A stretch of 64,000 nucleotides of DNA, taken from assembly GCA_964016885.1 (NCBI GenBank), contig OZ024748.1:9548001-9612000 (forward strand), in the 5' to 3' direction. A program made the translations under genes and the position numbers. The notes beneath the pieces were generated by a model. It ran no database searches. It saw only the letters and a list, made by a program, of their open reading frames with translations, and was not told where the DNA came from. The number at the start of each line of letters is the position of its first letter. The stretch's first letter is position 1. This document shows, piece after piece, positions 1 to 13,673 of the stretch. The DNA is from Eledone cirrhosa (taxonomy: Eukaryota).

Positions 1-379
1 TAATACAAGTTACTCACTCTATATTATTCCTCTTTATCACTTTCCTTTCTTCCTCTTTTCTTTTTAATCTATATGTATATATCCCATTTATCACATACCC
101 ATGTATATATCTCATCACATACCCATGTATATATCCCATTTATCATATGTATATATACCATTTATTACACCAAGCCATTCTTTTCGTCCCTGCAGCTAAA
201 AATCCTTTGTGTTTTTTCTAGTCAAAATCTGTTACAAAAATACTGCAGCATGCCACGTGTTCTCCTCCTCACCTCCTCCCTACCCCCATCCTCACCTCCT
301 CCCCACCCCCACCACTATAAATATCCCAACAGTCTGTGATCCCAGCCTCACACCTCTTCAATACAATAACAACACATCA

Positions 380-660
380 AAGCTTAATCAATACATAATA
401 CATTCTATGGCAATAAAACCTCTCACAACTAAATTAAAAGACATTTTTATTAAAACTAATGCGAACATCGCTCAGAAAATAAATCATGAAATTAAATTTC
501 TTTGTGATAGTTACAAAAATTAATTGAATATTTTATTTTTACAATGAGTTTCCGCTGTTTTATCTTCTCTGCGTTACCTAGGAATATCCATACAACTAAA
601 TCATTTCTTTCCAGTTCATATCTGAATAATATTTCAAAATACCATTATCGAATGCTACAA
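380..660 (+). mobile_element. Possible Penelope-like ORF remnant (RT/GIY-YIG linker)
   Basis: IKPLTTKLKDIFIKTNANIAQK resembles the PLE linker (LSEKLKRIFKK.NI.VAFK). By eye only. Confidence 0.3.
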
Positions 661-1215
661 CCCAATCGGTATTATAGACGCCACAACCGGTACTATAGAC
701 GCCACAAACTAATACTATCGCCAATATTTTCCTATCAACCGGCACTATAGATGCCCCAACTGGTACTATAGACGCCACAGCTTAGTACTATCGCCAATAT
801 TTTCCTACCAACCGGTACTATAGACGCCACAAACTAGTACTATCGCCAATATTTTCCTACAAACCGGTACTATAGACGCCACACCCGGTACTATAGACGC
901 CACAGCCTAGTACTATCGCCAATATTTTCCTACAAACCGGTAGTATAAACGCCACACCCGGTACTATAGACGCCACAGCCTAGTACTATCGCCAATATTT
1001 TCCTACCAACCGGTACTATAGACGCCACACCCGGTACTATAGACGCCACAGCCTAGTACTATCGCCAATATTTTCCTACCAACCGGTACTATAGACGCCC
1101 CAGTCTAGTACTATCGCCAATATTTTCCTACCAACCGGTACTATAGATGCCACAGCCTAGTACTATCGCCAATATTTTCCTATCAACCGGCACTATAGAC
1201 GCCCCAACCGGTAAT
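660..1215. repeat. Minisatellite (ccggtactatagacgccaca / gcctagtactatcgccaatattttcctac subunits)
   Basis: About 8 direct copies of a composite ~52-72 bp unit. Confidence 0.9.
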
Positions 1216-1518
1216 ATAGTGCCTTAAGGGAAAGCTGAGAGGATTTCAGATGTTTTATTATAATTCAGTTTCTCACGTTATTGGTCATCGACCAGTAATT
1301 TACAAAATATTGCACATTATTTTAACGATGCCTCCTCTTAACCCTTTCGATTTTTATAGTTTCAAAAATCACATTAGACGGGGGGTTTGGGGGGGGGGGG
1401 GTCTAAGTATTGCATAAAAAAATAATTATATCTAATAACCGAAACACTCGATAGTTTTTAGTAGAAGAGATTTTCTAATTAACGACTGAAAATGCAATCG
1501 TTCGTATTATAAAATATT

Positions 1519-1664
1519 GGGCGCAGACATGGCTGTATGGTTAAGAAGTTTGCTTCAGTCGCACGAGTTCGATCCCACCGAAAGTCGTATCTTTTCAAAT
1601 GGTTTCGAGTTGACCAATAATTTGTGATTGGAATTTTAGTAGTCGGATACTACGCGGAAGCTAG

Positions 1665-1665
<1 letters not shown>
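1519..1665 (+). mobile_element. Degenerate tRNA-derived SINE
   Basis: A box-like tggctgtatgg and B box gttcgatcc. Confidence 0.5.
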
Positions 1666-1704
<39 letters not shown>

Positions 1705-1719
1705 ATGTATATATATATA

Positions 1720-2311
1720 CAATGGGTGACTGGGTCTAAAAATATCGGGTGCCAGGAGGTGAAGGGGCCTCACCTACACATAAAACGCTATTATTTAATT
1801 TTGATTTTGAAAGTAGGTTTATAATTATTAACTTTCATTATACTTTCGTAGCTGTCTCGGTGGCCTAGTTGGAGGAATCATAGACTGTGGTGATCCTGGT
1901 CTGAAATTCGATTCTGGTCGGGAGTAGGGTTCCCGGTAAACCTTTTCAGTCTTTTTTCTATGGGATGTAAAATAAAAACTGAAATATATTACATGTACCT
2001 CTTGACCAGGATTGAACCCAAGACCAGGATCTCCATCGTCTCTAGTACCTACCGCTAGGCCACTGAGACAGCTACGAAAATCTACTGAAAATTCATACTT
2101 ATAAACCTACTTTCAAAATTTTCAAAACAAAATGATGTGGTGTAGTTCACCAAATGCTTTGTTTAATTGTTTTTTTTTTATTTTTTCTCTTAGACTTCAG
2201 GTATTTTTTGAAAGCTAAGCATTGGCTCCTAATATACTACAGTGGGCCCTGCAATGCTACCGTGGGTCCTCTGGGGCCCACTTGCCATTGGGCAACCTGG
2301 CCAGTCCACCA

Positions 2312-2313
<2 letters not shown>
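1720..2313. mobile_element. Non-autonomous DNA transposon (hAT-like ends) with internal inverted pair of tRNA-like cassettes
   Basis: Imperfect TIRs caatgggtgactgg / ccagtccaccactg between (TA)n tracts. Internal inverted repeat 1804-2119. Confidence 0.55.
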
Positions 2314-2407
<94 letters not shown>

Positions 2408-3005
2408 GGTACAACATTATAATACTTTGCATAAAAAACATATAATGAAGCAGAACATTAAAATATTACATTAGCAATATATACAATATATTGCTGTAAT
2501 TTATACTAAGACAGCGCTCTTTCTGATCTGGTAAAAACAAACAAGAGTTACCATAATTAAAGAATAATAATTAATGTTAAGAATCCGACTTTCATCAGTA
2601 AGACAATCTTATTAATTAGACAAGACATTAACTGTCCGTAATTAAATTTAAGTCAAGAAAATCATAATTTGATATGGCGAGCGACTGGGCAATAACTGTG
2701 AGAATCTTGGACAGGACAAGGTAGGGAAGAAATGTTTTAAATAGTTCACTTGTAAGTCGTGAAGCATCTCTACCGAAAAATCAGGAGTGTAAATATGTTA
2801 TGAAATTATATTGGTTTATAATATATCGAATCATTGATCATAAATCCCTCGATGTAAATATGGCGCTAAAATATAATATAAACGGAGGGCAGTCATACAG
2901 CGAGTGTTAAGGTTTCAATATTATTAATATCCTGTATCAAAAAGTAGAGGGTAAATATGAATTTAGGAATTGTTTGCCCGACGGTTAAGCTTATATATAT
3001 ATATA

Positions 3006-3610
3006 GTGGCTGCCAACTCGTTTTCGAGTACGGCCACTACTTTATATCCATGTAGGAGAACCCCTACCGATGCGCTGAACGAGTGTGACTTTTTAGTCCA
3101 GCCAGCGACTTGAAAACTCTGGTACAAACACTACACCTGTGACAATTATTGACACATAGTGCTGGGCCCATGGTACCATGTGACGACAAGTGCAGAGAGA
3201 TCTCCAGATATAAAGCAATGCCTGTGCCGTGAAGCTTTTATAGTGAGCAAAGGCACTGCACAAAGCCAGTCCCACTCTCTTAACCAAGATAATATTTACC
3301 AAAAAGAAGAACAAGTCAACATCATTGGATACCATCAGGGTTGCAGGTGTTATATCAGAGTTTTCCTTCTCCTAGAATTCTGCCTTGACAAAGGCTAAGG
3401 GGTCATTTCTCCCAGTGATTTTGGATGGCCATTGACTCTAAAGAGCTCCTTTGCCCTTTGACAGGTTTTGTTTTTAGTCCTGCAGGATGTCCAAAGTCAC
3501 CCTCCTCGCCAAGAAACCTTGGTGGGGTTGCCAGTTTAGTCGCCAACGACCCGACCATGGGACAGGTTGTACTGGGATACATGTTACCAGTAGCACCAAC
3601 TGGTGACCTG

Positions 3611-3612
<2 letters not shown>
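3006..3612 (-). mobile_element. Non-coding retroposon with RTE-like 5' region
   Basis: Minus strand has ctggcaaccccacc and ctaggagaaggaaaactctg, reminiscent of RTE 5' UTRs. A near-identical second copy lies at 11816-12190. Confidence 0.55.
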
Positions 3613-3657
<45 letters not shown>

Positions 3658-4680
3658 TAAGAAAGAGAGATCGAAGTTTCAATTCAGTGTATTTTATGTG
3701 TAATCACTACGTGCAACACGTGTTTCACAAATGCCCGACTCTGAGCCATGAGCAATTACATAATAGTTTAGTAACATGTAACACGGCTCGGGGATCGATT
3801 TTTCCCTGTGTGTATATGTGTCGGTTTGTGTGTATATGAGTGTATTTTTGTATATATGTGTGAATATGTGTGTGTTTGTAAACAGTTTGTAAGCGAAAGA
3901 GTTAGTACTCAAATAATGAGCAGAATTTGTAACTTTCAGATTCGACTTCGAGGCGAGTTTCACGCTCTGCGAATGTGAGTTGGAGTGTGTATGTGTGTAT
4001 GTGTATGTATTTATATATGTATGTGTGTGCCTAGGTGTGAGAGGGTGCATCTGTTTTTGTGAAATGTCCCTTTGCCATTATTTTATTGTTTCCTCTGACA
4101 AGGCAACAATTAACGACAGTTTGTGTGACAAGACATTTTCCGGTGAACAACACTTTGGATTGACTCGAAGATGAAGACACAGAATATATTCAATACATTG
4201 ATAAACTTACTGACAGCTTCCAACTTGAAATATCTGACCATCAGCTGCTACAAATTTCCTCAAACATAACATTGCTATGTTCAGGTTTATATATTTGGTC
4301 ACGTCGCCAAGGAATATATACACATGTATGTATGTGTATGTATGTGTATGTATGTGTGTGTATGTATATGTATGCATGTGTATACATGTGTGTGTATGTG
4401 TATGCTGACGATTTGTAATTTTCATGCTACGTAATATCTGGCGGTATTAAGCAGTTCTCTGAATATATTTTAATAACTGTTATAGGTGGAATATTGCAAT
4501 GAAATGGTGTTCCATCCAGGAGAGATCGATTCCGTGTATCAATACCAGAACAATACCATGATATTCACTAACAAACTATATGTATGTGTGCACGCTGAGA
4601 TGCAGCATGCAACCAATCAGGTGCACTTTCGTTATCTCTTGGCCGGAGATCTCTAAAATAAATTCGGTGACCTTCGTAAG

Positions 4681-4739
<59 letters not shown>

Positions 4740-5020
4740 CATACTTTTAACCTTATTTGAAAATATATCTGACCAAGAATGCCTTTTGTGAAAATCAGTC
4801 ATGTGGAACTATCGCCATCTTGCCTGACGGTTTGAACCTCACAGAACCACCTGCCTCTTTGAGGTCAAATACCAACCTACTACCATCTACAAACTGACCA
4901 ATGAGAATCAAGACCATTCCTGCTGACAACATCAAAGTATTCCTAACAAGCTCATATGTCCCAAGGCTCTGATACCATCAACACTATACACACAGAGCTG
5001 GCATATCTAAGAACTGACTA

Positions 5021-5076
5021 ACTGCCTGATGAGGTCATAGTCATTCAATGGCTATCATCGAAATATATATAGCAGT
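5021..5076 (+). ncRNA. Minimal type I hammerhead ribozyme (PLE-type)
   Basis: actgc-CTGATGA-ggtcatagtcat..atggctatcatc-GAAA-tatata-TA/gcagt. Stem I perfect, stem II paired, palindromic stem III. Confidence 0.85.
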
Positions 5077-5115
5077 AAATAAAGGATTATGAGTTCATGT
5101 AATTGACTTGTTTCG

Positions 5116-5176
<61 letters not shown>

Positions 5177-5366
5177 ATTGAAATTTCCGTTGGAAACAGA
5201 AAGGTCATAGAAGTGAAGAGTGCTCTATGTAAGTATCAGAGCAAAATTTAATGTATAAAAATCAATACAATATAATTACCTCATTACCAGAGGTTTCCCG
5301 AATGAGGCGAATACGAAAGAAACGTATCCATTCGTTCGTCAGACGAGGCAATCAGACGAGGCATTG

Positions 5367-5436
5367 CCTCGTCTGACGAACGAATGAAGACGTTTCTTTC
5401 GTATTCGCCTCATTCGGGAAACCTCTGGTAATGAGG
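5367..5436 (+). ncRNA. Minimal type I hammerhead ribozyme in fold-back element (mirror copy on - strand ~5279-5348)
   Basis: cctcgt-CTGACGA-acgaatga...tcattcgg-GAAA-cctctgg-TA/atgagg. Confidence 0.75.
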
Positions 5437-5462
5437 TAATTATATTGTATTGATTTTTATAC

Positions 5463-5536
<74 letters not shown>

Positions 5537-5734
5537 ATTAGTTACAACAGTGACATATACAGGTGCTCAAGTTATCTTCAATGCGTGGCTTTGTAGTGCC
5601 AAGCCTGCTTTGAAACAGAATGTTCGGTTAAGTGTATCGAATTATTGTTAATGATACGTTTTGCTTCTTTATTTAAATACTTTTGAGAAAAGTCTATTCT
5701 GGGTGTTTCAAGTTCCACAGATATATCCCAATGG

Positions 5735-5850
5735 TTATCAACCGTCACTTATCTCCTCACTCCCCCAAAATAACCAAACCACCCTTGCTACAAATTACCG
5801 CCCAATAGCCTGCAAGAACATACGGTACAAATTATGCCCTGGATGTGATC
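5735..5850 (+). mobile_element. Non-LTR RT fragment (R4/Dong-like)
   Basis: PQNNQTTLATNYRPIACKNIRYKL carries the NYRPI RT motif. Confidence 0.55.
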
Positions 5851-6109
5851 CCACACCAAAGACGATGCAGTGTGGATGTCTTAACTATTTCCGACCATAT
5901 TGCAGTGTTTTGGTGGTCTCATTCGCACCAGTCACCAATTTTCTTATACCTGCGAAGACTAGGCTTTTTTAGTGACGGCCTGTACATACCTCGTCATAAC
6001 TACATCACTGGATGGTGAGAGTTTTCTCGAGAGCTAAGTGTCACTCATTGTTCCATCTCCCCTAGCGATTTACCGATGTTGGCCCGGAGTTGTTTATTCG
6101 TCCGATTAT

Positions 6110-6460
6110 ATCGCAACTAACCATCATATCCGCCGAAGGGTCTTTGGAATAATGTTACTCGACAGAGTACGTAGCTCGGAAATCAGAGAGTTGCTCAAGA
6201 GAGAGCCACGAATTGAGAGATCACAGCTCCAATACTATGGGCATGTGGTTAGAATGTCTCTGGACAGATTTTACGGGAGAAACCACTCAACAGGAGACCC
6301 GGGGATAGACTCCATGCAGGATGGTTGGATAACATCCATGAGCTTGGCTGGTCTCGTTTGGAGTTCCTGCTGGATCAATTAGAGACGGTTGCTTCTGACA
6401 GGACCCACTGGAGGGAGTGCTTCAGGAATCTTAACCCAAGACCCTCCCAGAAATATTTGG
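6110..6460 (+). mobile_element. RTE-clade LINE 3' fragment
   Basis: RRRVFGIMLLDRVRSSEIRE...IERSQLQYYGHVVRM, then W.DNI...A.DR..WR, typical of the RTE C-terminus. Confidence 0.8.
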
Positions 6461-6463
6461 GCG

Positions 6464-6521
<58 letters not shown>

Positions 6522-6526
<5 letters not shown>

Positions 6527-6795
6527 AAAGTTCTATTTAAATTGTTGGGATACAACGAGCAAATATTTTTATAACTGATATAAAGCACTCAACAAATGTT
6601 TGGAGTAAACATACGATATTAACAAATGGTAATGGTTGCATTTTTTAAAGGTATGTCACTATTTATTTATAAAACTGATCTATATTATATTTTGTCTGAT
6701 GAAAGCACACCATAATTTAACTTGGTGTCCTTGAAATATGTATAATGAAATAAATATGGTTTTATAAATATAGTTTCCATTTGTTAATATCGTGT
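6522..6795. mobile_element. PLE-derived hammerhead element, family A (inverted arrangement)
   Basis: Homologous to 13157-13677 and 16417-16582; flanked by (TA)n. Confidence 0.7.
6688..6752 (+). ncRNA. Minimal type I hammerhead ribozyme (family A)
   Basis: tattttgt-CTGATGA-aagcacacc...ggtgtcctt-GAAA-tatgta-TA/atgaaata. Confidence 0.8.
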
Positions 6796-6816
6796 ATATA
6801 TATATATATATATATA

Positions 6817-7050
6817 CAATACATTAACAGAGAAAGCCTTAAGCGATACTCTGACGAACTCCATCTCACTCAACAAACATTAGGATATACCTAAGTATTT
6901 TCCCAAGTTAGTGTTTGGGGTGCTAACTAGTCAGTATTCCGTGGATAGTTGGTTGTATTATTTTATATGAGACATTATTAAATAAATATCTTTCCTTCCA
7001 GACGGCCGTTTCGTTATAAGATTTCTACAATTTGGGAACGCATCTGTAGC
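6817..7050 (-). mobile_element. Short (TA)n-inserted element, family B (other copies 17570-17752 and ~61175-61345)
   Basis: Shared gttagcaccccaaac...tttgttgagtgagatgg...tctctgtta. This copy has the hammerhead 3' half GAAAcggccgTC. Confidence 0.7.
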
Positions 7051-7137
7051 TCTTATTTCTCTTTGTTTGTGACTCTCTCTATGTGTTTCTCTTGTGTACC
7101 TCCTTGCTTTTGTCGATGGATCTTATATATATATATA

Positions 7138-7178
<41 letters not shown>

Positions 7179-7394
7179 GCAGCGAAGTATGTGTGTGTGT
7201 TCCAGTGTTAGTGAGTCTGAGCCACGTTAAATATAATGAGAATAGTTGGTGCGTGTTTTTAGTACAGCCTTGTTACATATACACTGTCTGTCTGTCTGTC
7301 TGTCTGTCCACCTGACTGACTGCCTGTCTAGCTGACTTGCTCTATGTCAGTGTCTGCATGTCTATCTATCTGTCTATCTGTCTATTTATCTCAC

Positions 7395-7645
7395 TATCTG
7401 CCTGCCTAACTAGCTGTCCGACTGAATGACTGCCTGTCTGTCTGCCTAACTAGCTGTCCGACTGTCTGACTGCCTGCCTAAGTAGCTGTCCGACTGAATG
7501 ACTGCCTGTCTGTCTGCCTAACTAGCTGTCCGACTGTCTGACTGCCTGTCTGTCTGCCTAACTAGCTGTCCGACTGTCTGACTGCCTGCCTAAGTAGCTG
7601 TCCGACTGTCTGACTGCCTGTCTGCCTGCCTAAGTAGCTGTCTGG
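7395..7645. repeat. Minisatellite (ctaactagctgtccgactgtctgactgcctg)
   Basis: About 7 direct copies. Confidence 0.85.
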
Positions 7646-7765
7646 TTGGCTGGTTGGTTGGCTGGCAGAGGATTTTCCATACAACTCCCCTCCTCTTACT
7701 CCTACTCTTCCCTTCCTCCTCATCTTCCATCACTACCGTCTCTCCCTCACTCTCTCCATCCCTCA

Positions 7766-7818
<53 letters not shown>

Positions 7819-8097
7819 CTGCACACATTCTCCGCCAGTAGTAGTGATATGCAATGACATTGCACTCACCACAAATCGCTCCCTTTCACTGCAACAAAAC
7901 ACCAAAACTATCTTTTACATTATTTCACCCAGTCATCCTTCTCGTCCCCCTCCTCCCCCCTCCACCAACCACCACCACTTCGGGCCATCTCATCAACTAA
8001 CATCATCAACTAGAGGTAAGCACTTGTTGTTGTTTTGTTCATATTTTCTTTTATTCCGGCCAAATCTCTATGCATACGCTACGCACAACACAAACAA

Positions 8098-8132
<35 letters not shown>

Positions 8133-8154
8133 CATATATGTATATATATGTATG

Positions 8155-8199
<45 letters not shown>

Positions 8200-8226
8200 G
8201 TATGTGTGTATATACATATATATACA

Positions 8227-8288
<62 letters not shown>

Positions 8289-8482
8289 TACATACATGTG
8301 TATATATATATATATACACACATACATACATATATGTATATATATGTATAAATATATATATATATATACATATATATACATATACATATATACATATACA
8401 TATATATATATACATATATATATATTTACATATATATATATTTACATATATATATATATACATATATACAAACACACATACA

Positions 8483-8530
<48 letters not shown>

Positions 8531-9187
8531 TACATATATATATCTATATATATATATATATATGCATACACATATATATATATGTATGTGTGTGTGTGTG
8601 TGTGTGTGTGCATGTGTATATAGAACGATCAAACATCAACAGAACGAAGCGAGAACTCAATACATGTGTAAAGAATATAAGTTTTTTTTTTTTTTTTTGG
8701 AAGAAATGGAGTTGACATTTTCGGCGGTGGAGCTTTTATCTCTATCTACCTATATATATATATATATAAATGTGTATATATAAATGTGTGTATATATATA
8801 TGTGTATATATATATATGTGTGTGTGTGTGTGTATATATATATAGACTATTTTTATTGGGAATCACTTGAGGATTCACTGTTGCCTCCCAGAGTTTCGCG
8901 TCTCAATAAACATACATATATACATACATATATATACATATATACATACGTACATATATATATGCATACATACATACATACATGCATACATACATATATA
9001 CATACATATATGCATTCATACATACAGACTTACATACATATGTATATATACATACATATATGTATACATATATTAAATATACATATATGTACGCACAAAT
9101 TTGTATATACATACTTGCATATATGTACATATACACACATATGTGTGTATGCATGTATGTGTGTGTGTGTGTATATATATATAATTG

Positions 9188-9225
<38 letters not shown>
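8098..9225. repeat. Compound (TA)/(CA)/(TACA) microsatellite field
   Basis: Directly visible; source of the YI/TH pseudo-ORFs. Confidence 0.9.
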
Positions 9226-9227
<2 letters not shown>

Positions 9228-9421
9228 GATTTATCCATGTATATATATAGTTTAATGGTGTGTAACCTAACGTTACTATTGGTTTACCAGTTTGATCATT
9301 CGATGCATCTATATGTGTGTGTGTGTGTTTGTGTGTTTGTGTGTGTGTGTGTGCGTGTGTGTGTTACTATCTAACTATATATATACTGTGTGTAAAGTAC
9401 ATGTGGATGTGTGTGTATCTC

Positions 9422-9470
<49 letters not shown>

Positions 9471-10003
9471 AGTTCATTGACATTTCGAGTGACAAAGAAA
9501 CGTCGTTTATATTTAGTTATAACTTAACTTTCTTTACACTCTTTGCGAAACACTCCCATAATTTCACTCCTTTCACCGCATCATACTCCCTCCTCTCTAT
9601 CTCCCTGTCCTCACTCTCTATCTCCCCACTCCCTCCTCTCTATCTCTCCCTCCCCACTCTCTCTCTCTCACCATCTCACTTACTCCACTCTCCCTTTCTC
9701 TATTTATCTATCTATCTCTCTCGTAGATCCATCGGTTCCGACGACCAATGTTCCACGGAACTGCCTGTAAATTCCACAGACACGTGTACCCTTACCGTAG
9801 TCCTAAGGGCGTTTCAGTGTGACACAGTCTTTGTCAATGTTTTTCCGCCCCTTGAAGTAAAGGTAGAGCTCACATGTTTACCACAAATCTGTTCACCTTT
9901 AATACTGGCTTGACCTACCCCACTCCTTATAGTTGGTGTAACATGGTTAATAACACAGCTCTTTATAAACTTTTATTACTATTATGAATAACTTAGTTAT
10001 GGT

Positions 10004-10280
10004 CACGGTTGCATTTAGACCTTGAGGGGCCTGGAACCCTTCAGGTTTGGAGGGAGGGGCTCATACACAATAAAATTAGACTACACACCAAAGCCCCCAA
10101 TTTTACATATCAAAGTTAGCTTGGTACTAGTAATTGAGAAGTTATACAGGTATTAAATTAAAAACCTCTCACCATCCTAAAACTAAAAAGCCCAGCTGAG
10201 GGCACTAATAAATTGCTACGGACGTCACTGGTGAGCTCCGCTGCATTTGACCCCTTTGCCCCTCATTAAATCCGGCCCTG
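10004..10280. mobile_element. hAT-like MITE remnant
   Basis: Right end taaatccggccctg (CAGGGCCGGATTTA-type TIR), degenerate left end, ggggcc subterminal motifs. Confidence 0.45.
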
Positions 10281-10793
10281 GTTATGGGAATGAGTTTTTG
10301 TGCCCCATATGATATTTGGTGATGAATTAGCAGATTCGTTAGAGCGTCGGATAGAATACTTTGTGCTATTTGTACCAACTCTGTCATATCTCAGTTCTTA
10401 TTCTGCCCAGATCAAATTTTGTCCCCTCGAGATCGATAAAAAAAGTTACCAATCCGGTACTGGGATTGATTCCCCCTCTCTCTCTCCTCCTCCTCCTTCT
10501 CTGGAAGAAACCTGCTCCAGCATGGCCTAGTCTCCATGAACGTTAAAATAAAAACAACTAAAGAAATAAAGAACTAATTAAATAAACATGAATAACAATT
10601 CACATCCAAACAGACATTCTCTTTCTCTCTCACACACACACACACACACATATATATACACATACATACATATATATATACACACACACACACATATATA
10701 CACATACATATACCACCACCCCACTCTCCAGAGCGTGAAATTAATAAACATTCGTTGTACTGCCTCTCTGTTTTGTTCCTGTTCAAATTTTCC

Positions 10794-10933
<140 letters not shown>

Positions 10934-11094
10934 TATATACACATACATATATACACACACACACATATATACACATACATATATATATACACACACACAT
11001 ATATACACATACATATATATACGCACACACACATATATATATATATATACACACATACATACACATACATATATATACACACACACGCATATAT

Positions 11095-11150
<56 letters not shown>

Positions 11151-11187
11151 ACATACATATATATATACACACACATATATACACATG

Positions 11188-11778
<591 letters not shown>

Positions 11779-11815
11779 TATACACACACATATATACACA
11801 TACATATATATATAT

Positions 11816-12190
11816 GGTGGCTGCCAACTCGTTTTCGAGTACGGCCACTACTTTATATCCATGTAGGAGAACCCCTACCGATGCGCTGAACGAGTGTGAC
11901 ATTTTAGTCCAGCCAGCGACTTGAAAAGTCTGGTACAAACACTACACTTGTGACAATTATTGACACCTAGTGCTGGGCCCATGGTAGCATGTGACGACAA
12001 GTGCAGAGAGATCTCCAGATATAAAGCAATGCCTGTGCCGTGAAGCTTTTATAGTGAGCAAAGGCATTGCACAAAGCCAGTCCCACTCTCTTAACCAAGA
12101 TGATATTTACCAAAAAGCAGAACAAGTCAACATCATTGGACACCATCAGGGTTCTAGGAGAAGGAAAACTCTGATATAACACCTGCAACA
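11816..12190 (-). mobile_element. Second, 5'-truncated and 5'-inverted copy of the 3006-3612 element
   Basis: Near-identical to 3006-3340. 12152-12188 is the reverse complement of 3341-3377. Confidence 0.8.
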
Positions 12191-12391
12191 TAAATATATA
12201 CATACACACATACACACACATATATACGCATACATAAATATATATATACGTAGGTCCCTGGTTGAGTCGGGGATAACCACAGTAAGTAAGGTACTCAATA
12301 CATGGCAGAGTAAAATATATTTATTGTATAGAAGGAGCTTCTACAGGACCAAAACAAATCTGGTCCTGTAGAAGCTCCTTCTATACAATAA

Positions 12392-12439
<48 letters not shown>

Positions 12440-12869
12440 ATACATACACACAACCCATATATACACATATATACACATACATATATATATATACACACAC
12501 ACAACATATACATACACACACACACATATACACACACATACATACACACACACACATATACACACACATATATATACACACACACACAACATATACATAC
12601 ACACACACATATACACACACATACATACACACACACACATATACACACACACATATATATACACACACACACATATATATATATACTCAAAATCGGGAGC
12701 GCACAGTACAAAATCGGGAAAACCAACGGAAAAACGGACAGCCCCATCTCCTCAGTCAATCTCTGGAAATCAGTAAGGTTTCGGTTGTGTTACGATGTTC
12801 CTAAACTTGACTTAATGCGAAAATATAAAAGAATCAAAGTCATTGTTGCAACATATGCAAAGTTTATAT

Positions 12870-12956
12870 CATATTACAATTGTTTCGATATCTATCAGCT
12901 CAGGGTATAAACAAGGTGTCGGGGCCCGACTCTTTTTCGACATCTCTTCAGATATG
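12870..12956 (-). ncRNA. Type I hammerhead ribozyme with long (58 nt) stem II region
   Basis: Minus strand: catat-CTGAAGA-gatgtc...gatatc-GAAA-caattg-TA/atatg. Confidence 0.85.
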
Positions 12957-13086
12957 CGAGCTTATATGTGCAGAGACACGTCTAAACAGCTGTAACTCTG
13001 GAATACAACCCAAACGCAACGGACCTCGTCACAGCGTCGAGTGCTTCGGGCGACGCGCCGTCTATAACTTCTTACACATCTTACTA

Positions 13087-13156
<70 letters not shown>

Positions 13157-13161
<5 letters not shown>

Positions 13162-13673
13162 ATATATTAATAAATGGAAACTATATTTATAAAACCATAT
13201 TTATTTTATTATACATATTTCAAGGGCAACCAAGGCAAATTATGGTGCGCTTTCATCAGATAAAATACAGATTTGTTTTATAAATAAATATTGACATACC
13301 CGGAAAAAAAAAGACAACCTTAACGGTTGGAGCTTCCTGGATAGTGGAGATAGTACATTTATTGTAATAAATGTACTATCAATAAATGTACTATCTCCAC
13401 TATCCAGGAAGCTCCAACCGTTAAGGTTGTCTTTTTTTTTCCGGGTATGTCAATATTTATTTATAAAACAAATCTGTATTTTATCTGATGAAAGCGCACC
13501 ATAATTTGCCTTGGTTGCCCTTGAAATATGTATAATAAAATAAATATGGCTTTATAAATATAGTTTCCATTTATTAATATATTGTGTATTTACTCCACTA
13601 ACTTGTTGAGTGCTTTATATCAGTTATAAAAAATGTTAAGCTTGTTGAATCTCAACAAATTAAATATAACCTC

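Noticed and set aside
2585-2610. Minus-strand CTGATGA in a possible PLE remnant (2500-2990)
   Set aside because: No matching stem II/GAAA; too decayed to call.
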